Source of the DNA: Paraspadella gotoi
Taxonomy: Eukaryota > Animalia > Chaetognatha
Assembly: GCA_051294375.1 (NCBI GenBank)
Contig: CM119263.1
Coordinates: 6,859,645-6,923,644, forward strand
Reading direction: 5' to 3'
DNA length: 64,000 nucleotides
The translations under genes and the position numbers were made by a program. The notes below the pieces were generated by a model that saw only the letters and a program-made list of their open reading frames with translations, was not told the DNA's origin and made no database searches. Shown here piece after piece: positions 11,839 to 24,580 of the stretch (position 1 is its first letter; each line of letters begins with the position of its first letter).

Positions 11839-14406
11839 TTTGCTTTTTTCTTGGGAAAAAGAAAAAAATAGGAATGTTGAGGTTAGTGGGTTCAAGGCGG
11901 CGGCCGGATTTTTTTCGTCCCGGCTCCGGAGGCTGCCGGAAAAGAGCGACTGCGATGAGTGTTACGACGAGAGTCGCAGAGACGACGAAAGCGGGGGGGG
12001 GGTGGAAGGGGCGACAGAATGGAGAAGTCGCAGCGCGAAGCCGACGGAAGAGTCGGAAGAGGACGAAAAACCGATAACTCGTTTCACGATTTCGGCGCAA
12101 AAAAGAAGCGAGTTCCGTTCGCGCCATCTGTGCCGATAAGTCCTCGGCGCTCTCATCCGTCCACGCAAATGTCCGTCGGGCTCGAACGGTTTTTTCCCCC
12201 CTCATTATCAAGATAGAACGTTTTTAGGCTCAACCGTTGGCGGAGAAAAGTAAGGAATAGGATAAAAATGACCGCAGCACAATTTTAAATTTAAAATTTT
12301 TAATGCTGTTGAGCGATTTCAAATGCTAAAGTTGGCACAATAATTACTAAAACTTATTTGAACGAATAAACCAAAAAAAAAAAAAAAATAAATAAATAAA
12401 TAAAAGAAAAAAAAGAAAAAGCCATCTCTCCTCTTTCTTCCCCCTCATTGCCAATCTACTCGGGATCGCTGCCGACCGCTGCCGACCATCGCCCCCATTC
12501 TCTGACGAAAAAACACTGGATAGAATGTATATCTATATTTAAAGAGGAGGAAGAAAAAGTAAAGAAGAACCGTCATCATCATAATCTTCATCGCCTTCTC
12601 GTTGACACCCGGCCGCGGGATCGGAGGCGGCGGAGGGGTCGGCGACCTCGCAATGGATTTCCTTCAACGAGGAGATTCGCGGATGACCTTCGCGCGCGCG
12701 CTGCTCCCGCGTTATGACCGCCGGCTTTTCGTTCAACGATGATTACGAGAAGTTTCCGACCATCGAGGTCGCAGTCCCGAGGGTCGACGCGCATTGACGG
12801 AAATAAAATGAATGAAATAATAGGGCGGGTTAGTTGCGTCGGCAGCGGCGGCGGCGTCGGCCAAGTTCGGTTCAACCTCACAACCAACGATGCGAATCGG
12901 GTTGTTTTCTTTTCGCCGAATCCTCACTCCGAGGACCCGTGAAATGACGAGAATGGAACCGATAAGGGCAAAGGTGAACCCGATGGCTCCGTAGCCGAGG
13001 ACTCCCAGCCATCCCTTCTGTTTTTGTTGACGCAAGGGGCAAAAAGTCGATAGAAGGCGGGAAATAAGGGTTGGGATATGTCATGAGTAGGCGGAGGTAC
13101 GTATAAGAATCGCACTGGAAAAAAGTTGCTTCTTCCGGTGTTGCCAATGTTAAAAATACATCACTGAGGAAACTGAATCAGTGAAGAGGCCAGAGGCGGA
13201 AAATGGGTGAAATCGGGCGGCGGGAAAATGAGGGGAGCGGGACGACGGGTAAACTGGGGAAGCGACGTTGGGGACGTCGGGACGGTTATCGACGATTCTT
13301 TTGTTTCCCCGCATTTGGAGATCAAGAGGAAGTGAGGCATCGGGGGTTTGAAATGCGGGAGGGGAAAGATTTTGCCGAAGAATCTGCTTGAGTAAGCGTT
13401 TGGATCCGATGAGCCACAAAGCCACAGTCGAAAAAAAAGCAAGACGGCCGTTTTTGAAATCGAAATTAGTTTTCCTTTCCACTTTGTTTTGTTCGCGTCT
13501 CCCATAGAGAAAACATACCCGCCCCTCACTGATTGATGTGCATCGATTCGCTATATATCTCCTCGCCGCAGGAGTAACGAAGTTAAGAAACGATTAAGTT
13601 TCGCTCGCGGGAGTTTTTGCCTTCAACCTCGATACCATCAATGCTCTGGTTTTTTAGTTTGTTTTTTTTACTCAGCAAATTATGGATGTGAGGATTGGAG
13701 AAGCTGGGTGCGCGCCGGTTCCGCTATCGATCCACGATGACACTTCCAACCCTTCCGTATTGAAAAACTCTCCCACGCCAATACAATTTTTATCGACACA
13801 ATTAAACACTGGCCTCTCTATAAAAACAGAGAAGACCTTCGTTCTGAGACCGAAGACCCTCATCGCATTCCAGCCAGTGTGCAATTGACTCTACTAACCA
13901 AAACCTGGTCCCGCAATATAAAATACTTACATTTGTAACTGGCATCCCGAAAAGTCTCTCTCTGTTGTTGTACACTGCCGCTAACTCTTGGCACTCCTTT
14001 AACTGCTTGTTGATGCGTCTAACTTCATTTGCGATTTCGTGAGCTTTGTTGATATCCATGTGGGCGGCCATGCCTAAATTAAATCAAGGGATCGTTTTTT
14101 TTTTTCGCCCGACTTCTGGCACGGGATGAATCGAACACGGTGACGCAAGTGCGGAGCGACGGAAGAGGGATCGGGGTTTAAAAACAACTTTACAATTACT
14201 TGTACATACATACATGCTCATTGCTGAGGGTGTTAATAATATCACCCTTTTCAGCACCCGCGCGTTTTTAAAACATCAGCGTTAGCTCCGATCTAAAATA
14301 AAGTGCGAGAAAGAGAGATAAGAGAAAGGGAAATAGAAAAGAGATAGGAAGAGCGAGAGGGAGAGCAAGGAAGAGAGAGAGAGAGAGACAGAGAATGTTG
14401 GCAGAA

Positions 14407-14496
<90 letters not shown>

Positions 14497-17400
14497 CGTA
14501 CGTCTAGAACAAAAAACGCCTGCATCAAGTCTGCAGCTAACAGTACGCAGCTTAAAAAATCTTAACGCTTAAATTCAGCCTAACTTCTTACACATTCACA
14601 ATTAAGCGAGATAGCAGAAAATGTCAAGACGTGTTTACCATAAGCGCCACCTGGGCGAAATAGCCCGGAATCGAGGATAAACGATTAAATGTGGGTCTGC
14701 GAGAAAGATAAAGAAAAAAAGCCCCGGCGTTCGTCACCTGCGACGACCATCTGCAGGGTGTCCAAACGGTCGTTGAAGTTGGCCTGATCCGTCAGTTGCA
14801 TTTTGTGGAAGCGATCTTCGTCTTCTTCCAATTGTCTGAAAGGTCAACTCTTCTAATTTAGAGGCTTGCTCCTGACATACCTAAAGATTACAAAAAAATA
14901 TCACCTGTAGGTCTGCTCCATCTGAATTTCGATCTTGTGGGGCCAACCGATGCAAATCCACTTCGCGTTGAAATCGTCTTGGGGTAACCCGAAAAGAAAC
15001 TCATCGAGAAGTTCAAATTCCGCCAAATATTGATCGATCCGTTCCTAAAAATGAACGAAAAAATAAATAAATTAAAAAAAAAAATAAAAATAAAAAAAAC
15101 AAAAAAAAACAAAAAAACAGTCAAAATGGTCAATAACGAAATCATTGAACAATAACCAGGAAGGTCATCGATGTAAAAAAAAGAAAAAAAAAAAGAATAA
15201 CTGTAAGTAATTTTAAATGTAGCCCACCATCCTTTCAAGTTTCAACTGCAGTTTCATCATTAAACCATTGCAAATAAATTTAACAATCCTCGCCAGGAAA
15301 CCTGCTTCTCGGCGAGGAGTTCCGGGATCGACTTCATCCATTCCCGTTGTTCCGCGAGATCTTCTATGGTGTTCGGCTTGTCGTACAGTTTCCGGGAAAT
15401 CGCTTTGAATTCGTCGGACACCTGACGGAAAACAAAACCGCAACGTTTTCGCGTAAATGGGGTGAAAAACAAACGAACAACGAAGAAGCCCCGAGAAGAG
15501 ATTTAAAAAAAAAAGACTCACGGTGTCCACTTTGCTTCGCAGGATCCTCGCGAGCAGCTCGAGAAGAGCGTTGGCCAGGGCTTTTCGCTTTTTGCTCAGC
15601 GCCTGACGAACGTTCTCTGTCAAGACGTGGAAGGGCCCGACGACGATGGCGGAAGGAATTCCCAACTCGATGAGTTCCTTCTCATGAAGATGACGCTCGA
15701 CGTCAGCTTTTATCTCGTGGGCAGTTCGGTCGGTCTTCTCGTATGCTCTGGGCGATGAGTGAGTTTGGGGGCGCGGTTGGTGAAAGATCGTGGCGGGGGA
15801 TGCGCGGGGGAGTGGAGTGACGTGGGTGACGAGGGAAGGAATTAGCAGATGTGTCAAGAGAGCAGAAAGCGTGAAACGGAGTAATAAGGTCCAGGAGGAG
15901 AGAAATGTGAAGGCGAGGGTTCAATGAGGATTTGCGAGAAAGAGAGAGAGGGAGAGAGAAGTTGGGGGGAAGGAGATAAAAATAATTAACGAAGTGTTAA
16001 GCATCAGGAGTCACGCGCTTTTAATTAAAATTCAACCACCCCCCCCAAAAAAAAAATAAAAACGAAGAGGGACAAAATTTTTTTCAATTATTATCTAATT
16101 GCAGGGAATATTAATAGTAAAACCGATCATCAGGACAACCACAATTAGCGCCAGCTTTTGCTTTCTCATTTTGCCGTAAAAGTCACGGATAAGGTTGCTT
16201 ATTTCAATACTGGTTTACTTCTCAAATCCAATATGAGATTTTTTAATGTTTTTCTCCTCTGAAGCGAAAAAGCTAAAAAAAAGCGTGAATAACAAAGCAA
16301 ACTCATGAAACAATGGAACCGTTAAGGCCGACTGAAAGGGCGGTTGTCGGGATGAAGGGTCGTGAAGTACCGAGGAGTCTAATCTAATTAGACAGGATGG
16401 TTATTCATCGGGATCTTTTCAAAAGAGTTTTCATTTAATTTTTATCCTTTAAAAGATGTACAAAACGGGTGAATAAAGGAGCTTCAAGCGAACTGTATTC
16501 AGAACAAGAAATACGTCCTTTAGAAGAACCATCGAGAACTTAAAAAATAATCTAAATAACAGGAAAAAAAAACATTACTGCTCATCATCAACGGCCGTCT
16601 TCTTCAGGTTATCCCCTATTCCTCTCGCAGCTCGCCACGAGCTGAGAAGAGGCGGGAAGATTGCGAGGAGCGGGGCGAGGGAGTGGGGAGTGGAAATGAA
16701 AGGCGGTTGGGAAGGTTGGGGGGGGAGGCGGATCGAAACGATTAAACTATCGAAAACTGAATGGCAAAGATCAAAGGTCGGCCTCTCGTGGAGCGTGCGG
16801 ATATGCCTTGGTGCCGGCGGCGGCGTGGCTACCTTTGCTCTCAAATAGTGCCGTTAGTAACGTTACCCGATTTTCATGGTTGAAGTCGAACGAAATAAAT
16901 TGTTAGTAATAGTATCGTTATTTTTTAGAAATTGAACTTAAATCTTGATAATATTTCTTTTTATTCTTACTTGATGTACTGATTAACGTCGCAGTTCATC
17001 AATTCGAGATATCGCTCAAATTCTACCGCATAAGCCTTCATTGGGATAAGGGCCTAGGTAAAAAAAAATCGCTCATTATCTCTAATCTACTAGTATTCAT
17101 TAATAACAACTCAATTCTCAATTATATAAAATTTTGTTTTTTTGTTGAACCTGTCTAATCGCGTGTCGAATCGTGTCGCGTAGGCTCTCAACAAAGGGCT
17201 CATGCAGCCCGACCGACTCCAAAAGAGGAGTGCCTAGTAAATAGTAGAAATAAAGAATTTTAAAGAACTGTCACAAAAAGAAAGATTATAAAAAAAATTA
17301 AAATGTAAAAATATGCCGTTTTCTAAAAGAGAACGTTCTTTACCTGACCAAAACATGTCTTCAAGTACGTATTTTTCAAGCTGCGGAACGTTTTGCGTAG

Positions 17401-20400
17401 CTTGAATACCCTTGTCAAACAGATTGGCAAGAGACTGTTCAAACAATATCAGGTTTGTGCTGTAATGTACGCCTGAGGAAGAAAAAGGAAACGGTGGAAG
17501 ATGAGGTTCGGAAGCCAAAGGCAAAATGGAAGGGGGAGAAAAAAAACCAGGAAAGCTAGAGGCATAAGCGGTATGAAGGCGTTAGCCTTGAAAAAAAAGG
17601 AGAAGAAAACAATGAAATAATCTATTTTAAGAGACAACGAAGATTCCAAGCCCCTCGGGAGAAATCATTAGCGACTGTTAATGGCGGTGGGAGTGAATAG
17701 ACGTTGAAGGCTTACAGGCGTGGCCGGGGACGAGGCGCCGAGCGCCCAACGCACTTTCCTACCATCTCTACTAAACTCTACGAACCTTGACTGTCCAAGA
17801 TGAGCTCGACCAGGAAAAGGGCGTTTCGCAGGGGCCGAAATGGGGAGTTGAGGACGTCCGCGCCCCAAACAAACGCCCCTTCTTCTAAATCCATTACCGT
17901 GCAACAAGCATCCAGCACCATCTGAACAACGAAATCGTGAAAACTGGTATAGTTAAGATTTTTAATTCCTCCAGATATAATTTTACATTATAGTTGTACA
18001 TTCATTGTACAACCCCAACGAGCAAGAGTGCAGCTTGTTTTCCGTTCCCGGCCTTTATTAGATTATGAAGCGCCGAGAACAAAAAAAAAAAAGAAAAAAA
18101 AGAACGATGCAAAAACAGCCAACTGGAAAAAAAGATATTAATCGCAAGCGATGGTCGGGCGCAATCGCCGACCGACAAACAAAGGCTGTGCCATTACGCC
18201 GGGTCCCTCGGCATTGCGGATGGCGCCGTGCTCGTCACCTGCACGAAGGCGTTGAGTGAATCTTGGACGAGGTGCCGCAAGGAATCTTGCATCGAAAACT
18301 TGACCATATCCATGAACTTTTTCAGCTTTGAAATTTGGTAAACCTTGCAAGGAGTGAAACCAAAGTCGAAATTAGTTGATTGGTTCTTCAAGAGAAACAA
18401 ATTGCAATTGGCTGTAAACTACACCTGCCAATTTGTTTCGTGTAGATTGAACCATCCTTTCCCCACGTCGCGCAGGCAAGTGCGAATGGCGGCGCGTAGG
18501 GTAGTAATCCAACTGTCCTTCAAAAATAGTGAGGTCTGAAAAAAAGGGAATGAGAAAAAAAAGAGTCAAAGAAGGACATAACATCACAACAACGTCGATT
18601 GAAGATGAACAAAAAGCGAAAATGGCTAAAGGGAGAAGAAGTGATAACAAAAGTGCTAAGGCGGGAACAAGGACGAAAAGATATAAAGAAAAAAAAATAT
18701 TATCACAACATAAGCTTCTCAGGAAGAAAGGAGCCATATCATTCGAGGCCGAGGTAAAATTAAGTCTCAGAAAAAGAAAACAGAAAATTTATATCATGAA
18801 AAGGTTATAGAGAAAGAAGGTCTAATAAGGTGCTGAACAGGAAAACCTGCGATGTCTTCAAAGGAATTTAGAAGGAAAAAGAAAAAAGAAAAATAAAGGG
18901 GGAAAAACATGAGGAGAAGAGGGAAATAAGAGACGTATATTTTTCTCGGTCGTCGACCCTAAATCGAAGGAGGAAGAAAAAAGATGGCTTCGCAATACAA
19001 CCACGAAGGTTGAATAAGTAAGTTAAAATACTTTGTATAGGCTAATGTTTTTGTTCAATAGTAAGTATTTCCATTTAATTAGCTCAGCGTCAAGAACAAA
19101 TTGCGTTTAACTTATGGTAGGTTTAACGTTTAACTTAACGAAACGAAGTCGGAAAATCGCCAGACGATATATCCGACTTTTCGATCAATTACGAACACCT
19201 ATTTGCCACTCAGTCGATATGTAAAGGAAAGGAGACGAAAAACAATTTTTTTTACTCAAAAACATTTTTCTGTGCAGCTCGCTCTCTCTCTCTCGGCGAG
19301 TCTCGCTCTCCATTTATTAAACGGGCGGATGTTTTCGTTTCTATCAGAGAGAAGTCACTTCCTATGCTCTCGCTTTGTCGCCACATTTCTGTTTCATCGC
19401 AGGAAATTGGCCTTGATGTTATAATGGTTAAGATTATGTAACATACGATTTGATAATCTTATTCTTTTCAGATTATTTCCGATGTTAGACACTTATACTT
19501 TAAAAATACGTATAATATCTAAAATTTCTGAAAATATAACAAACGATTCTTCAAATAAGCGCCCTACGCAAGTCATTCGTTACGACAGAAAAAGTGATTT
19601 GCCTTCATCAGCAGCAAGGATGATGTCACGAGAGTGAAGAGCATTAGACGAGAGAAAAATAGAAGAAATTTTATTGTCCCTGTGGAGGTTCAGGTGGCGT
19701 TAGAAATTTCCATTTATTTTAATGTAAGCCAGTTAATACGCCACGGGAAGAAATAGGAAGATGACATAGAAAAGTTTTGGGGACGAACAAAGTTCTCTCT
19801 TTAACAAAAAATCCTAAATTTTCATTGATGTACTAAGTTGGCGTGTCACAACTCTTTGTTTAAATAAAACTAATGTACGAAATGTCAATGAGTCGTTTGT
19901 TTTTATATTACCTGGTTACTGGCTGAACTCTGGGTTGAGTCGAATTCTTCCAGTCTTTGCGTTTTATTGGAGGGAACGTGAAAGAGAGACATGGAAGTGA
20001 CTTTCTGACACTCGCTCCTGACTCGTTGGATTGCCTACAAAGAAAAAATGGGCACGTAAAAACCAACTACAAAGTATAATGCCGAGAGTATTTGTTTTCG
20101 ATCCCATATTTACGCTCCGTTTAAAATACTGCCCGCTGCCCATCAAGTTTATTAAAAAATAGAAAAAAGTAAGGGAAAAGGGAAGCGCGGGAGCGGGAGA
20201 ACAGAAAGGAAAAGACATGAAAGTCACTTTCTGACGCTCCCTCCTGACGCGCTGAATTGCCTGAAAAAGGCGGAGAGACGCTGGGCGGGTTCAGTTTCCG
20301 GAAAAAGGAAGGAAAATATAATAAAAAATAAAAAAGGGGGAAAAAAGAAAAAAGAGAAAGTGTTTTGGCGTTGAGGTTTGCCATATCACCTGGATTGCTT

Positions 20401-23400
20401 CCTCGCGTGTTAGCAGTGAATTGAAGGCAAACTCGTTAAATTGTTTGGCGAAATTGTAAGGTGGCACGTCGGGGTCACAACCTGCGGAAAAAGATTGGTT
20501 TCCTCTTTTCACAAAAACCCCTATTTCTTCCATTCGCGAGTGGTATTTAAATAAAAATATACTTGAAAATCATGTTTACAAATAAAAAAAAATTGAGAAA
20601 CTGACCCCGATACAAAACTTTCTCCACCACAGGATCGGGTAGGGTGATGTAAGAATAAGTCGCTCGATCAGCCTTCACCGTTTTGTCGAAGATGATGCGA
20701 TTCATGGCTCTGCACCAATCGATGGTGACCTGGCGCTTCAACGTTGGAACGTGCCTGTCTACCCGGTAATCTTTGGCGATCGAGGGAGCTCCTGAATGAA
20801 TGCATTTACATAGACGATTTGTTACTCTGTTTTCTTCTTTCTGCTCTTGCCAATTTGCATATCGTCCGTTTGCGCTTTCTGGTTTTCCTTTCCACCCCCC
20901 CATTTTTTTTTTATCAACTTCCTTTTTTCGCTGCACTTCTCCCGCCCCGTCTCATGTCCTCCCCAACCCCTGCACTCGACCTTTGGCCCACTCGAGCATG
21001 CGCATGAAGGAGGACTCGCTGAGCTCAGCGAGGCCGTCCATGGGCATGCAGTCGATGTAGAGGTTGTAGCGGAGGAGGTTCTCGGTCTTGCGTCTGGCCT
21101 TGAAGGCCTGTCGGACACGGCGTGCAAAGTTCTCGGGGTCTTCGGCGCAGAACATAAGCTGCACGCGCGGAATCCAGAACTGAAGGAGGGGGAGGAAAGG
21201 AGGACTCGTAATGGGAAATGAAAATGGAAAGCAGGGTCTGGGCGTGGGTGTTTCAGAAAGCGGGGGAATGGATAATATAATGGGGAAAGTCGACACTCAG
21301 GAAAAAACTTTTGTAAAACGTAAAGTTGAAAATGCATAAGTGCAGATTTAAAAAAAACTGTTTAAAAAAAGCGTAAAAAAAAAAAAAAGAATGGATTGAA
21401 AAATGTAGAAAAAAATATATAAATCTTCATGAAAATAATCTATGAAATAATTAATAATAATTATAATAATAATTATTATTATTATAATAATTATACCCTC
21501 ACCATCCTCACCATCTCCCTCCCCTTCTCCCTACGCTTCTCTTTCTCAAGGCTATTTCGGTTACTCTTCGAATCCCGCCCGCGCATCTGTCTCGTCTACC
21601 GTTCGATGACCCCAGATGCCACATACCTGCCCAGAATGTTTTTCGTCTCTGAGGCCGTTGACGACGGTGTTGCCGTCCGCGTCGAGAACGCGTCCGTCCA
21701 CGTCGCATTTTTGCACGAGGAAGAGTTTGTTGACTTCCTTGAAGTCGAGCACGCCCACCTCGATCCACTCCCAGTGCAAATCAGGGTCGCGCCAATCTGT
21801 GAGAAGAAACGATCAGAAGATAAAATGGCTCAACGGACTCTTCTGACCAAATCTGTACTCTTGCCTTTGGCTCTAAAAGCCGATTCGGTCGGCAGCAGAG
21901 CTTTTCCCGGGACAGGTTTGCGGAGGTTGGCTTCAACGTCTCCGAGAGAAAGCCATTCTTTCGAAGTGCGAACATCGAAATCCTCGTCGTCGAAGATCTG
22001 GGAATAAATAATATTTGACTGTAGTTAATGATAAACACTAATAAACAGCAGTCCCTTCTTTGTCTCTTTGTTTCTTTCTTTTCTCTCTCGTTCTCGCTCA
22101 CGCGCTCTCTCGCTACCCCCCTCTCCCTCTTCCTATTTATGTGTTTATCTTCGGCAATAACAACAAAAACAAGCCAGGACAGAACCGAGGTTCCTACCCA
22201 AATAATCGTTTTGTGGGAACATGGAGCTCGTTCCTCGGCGTTTTACCGCGCATGGCCTCCCCCAACAAAAGAACTGAACGGGTCTCGCGAACTTCGGCTC
22301 TATGGCGCCACCGACGGTCGGGGACCTTACTCGCAATCTTGGGCCATTAAACGTCTACACGGGGATTCGACGAAAAGGTCTCTTTATCTTCCCGTGCGGA
22401 ACGGATCAAAGAAAAGAGGGAAGAGGTAAGGTGAAAAAAAAAATTGGGATAAAAGAAAAAAACCTAATTCCCACCTTGAGCTCCTTTTCGAGTCAATCAA
22501 GGGAGGGGGGGCGGAGAACTGAGGGGAATTTCTCACGAAATTTATGGTCAAAAAAGCAAAACGAGAGTTTTCAGGAAAAAAAAAACCACGTGCCACCTCG
22601 AGAGAGTCATTTTGTCGAAGATGAGACCGTTAGTTCATGTACTGAGGACAAAGTATGAAAAACAGAAAAGAAAGAGAGAAAGAAAGAAAGAAAGAAAAGG
22701 AAAAAAAGAAGAAAATAGAATAAAAAAAAATTAAAAAAAGAAAAAAAAAGAAAAAAAAGAAAAAAGAGAAAGCAAAAAACGATGAAAGAGAAGGAGAAAA
22801 AAAATTGAAACAAACCCTAAAACGATCATGAGGTCGACAAGTAGAGAGAAACGCTTGATGGGAATGACAGTAAGACTCGAGTCAGGAAGTGGGAGGCCGA
22901 GGAACAACGACAGACACGCGCGCACAGAAAAAAAAAGAGAGGGAATGATGGGATAAAAGAGGAGAAAGAAAGAAAGAAAGAAAGAAATAAAAAGAATGAA
23001 AGAAAGAAAGAAAGAAAGAGAGAGATAGAAACCATTGCTCTTTACACATTTAAAAAGATGATGGGAAGGGGCAGAGACCCCGCGCAATTAGGCCGACATT
23101 CACTGTATAAAAGGGTTTTAAAACTTGACGGTTTGCCCAGTCTTTATACCCTAATAAGAAACATCGGTCTCAGACGCATATATCAAATACTGAAATAGTC
23201 ATTAGTATAATTATCATGATTATCTCTCACTCTTTATCTCTCATTTGACTCGGTCTTCTATGGCTGTATCTCCGTCGTCTATCTTTCGCCATGCTGCTCT
23301 TGTAATGGAAATTCTCCGTCAAAATCTCTGTCAATACGTTGCTCGATCTTAATTATGAACTTCACCGCGAAAAAATACATACAATATACAAAAACATTAA

Positions 23401-24495
23401 ACATTACTATGCAAGGAACAGATATACGTCGCTGGATTGTTTAACGAATAATCTTTGTCCAACGACATTGAGAGGAAAAAAGTTCCCACGGTATCCATGG
23501 CTTCCCGAACTATTAATAGTATGTAAAAATAAAAATAAGTAAGAAAACAAAAAATCAAACCTCGAGCGCGAGAAACGGAGGAAAGGGGTCGACTTTGCCT
23601 CCGCCGCGACTTTTCCTATCTCCCCCGGATGAAGTGAGCGTGGTTTTCGCATCCGGGTCTTGGCGCCGGGGCATCAAAAGCTCCGAGCGAATCCCGTTTT
23701 TCTCCAGCAGTTCCGCCAGATTCTTCTTTGCATATTCTCGTTTTCGTCTACAAAAAGAAAGTTTTAAAAATCCCGAAACAAATGTTGCCGTCTCGCGAAC
23801 CCGCAGACCGGCTTCGAGCTAATGGGGTGAAAGGGATTATGGTTTCCGAGCTGATTTCCTTGCAGAAACTTGTAGTGAAAATCGAATTGAAAAAAATAAC
23901 GCCTGTCGAGACTAATTACCTTTCGATTTCAATCTTGCGAGGGCAGGTGCCGGGTGGAGTGTAAAACGGGACTTGAACCTTTGGCTCGTAGGATCGTTCG
24001 GGGAAGTCCTGGTTACAATAAAGGACGTTAATCAGTTTGCGAGTTAAGAAGCTCGGTCATGGCCAGAAAATATCAAAGAAATAAGTCATTTTTTAGCCGT
24101 CTAATTCTTTATTTTTGTGTTTTGTTATATCTGCCTCAGTATCCCGAAAAATGTTCCAATAGCTGAACATTGTACATTTATTATTTAATAAGTTATTGAT
24201 TTAAATTTGATATTTTATTCTGTATGTATTTGTTTGAGTGACAGAAATTAAATAATTACCGTTTCCTTGATAACTTGGGAAGTTGGACCATGAACTTGTT
24301 CTTTAAGAATTCTTAGTAGCTCCTCCGAACTGGGACTTTGAAACGTCGTCATGGACGGCATGTGTTTCTCCGTTCGTGCTTGCCATAGTAAATCGGGCAC
24401 CATGTGAGGACCGTCCAAGACGTTCTATAAACAGAAAAGTCAATAGAGTTAATTGAGGTTGGGACGAGAGAGAAAAAGAGGGATAGTGTGAGAGT

Positions 24496-24580
<85 letters not shown>

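Noticed and set aside
14644-14658. CTCF-like GCGCCACCTGGGCG and several CGCCATCT motifs
   Set aside because: Partial matches in a CpG-rich genome; not supportable without a matrix scan or ChIP
5165-22305. Shared peptide GSRELR(F/L)Y at ~5171 and ~22280, suggesting paralogous nested exons
   Set aside because: An 8-residue match rich in common residues is expected by chance across six frames of 64 kb, and the flanks do not align
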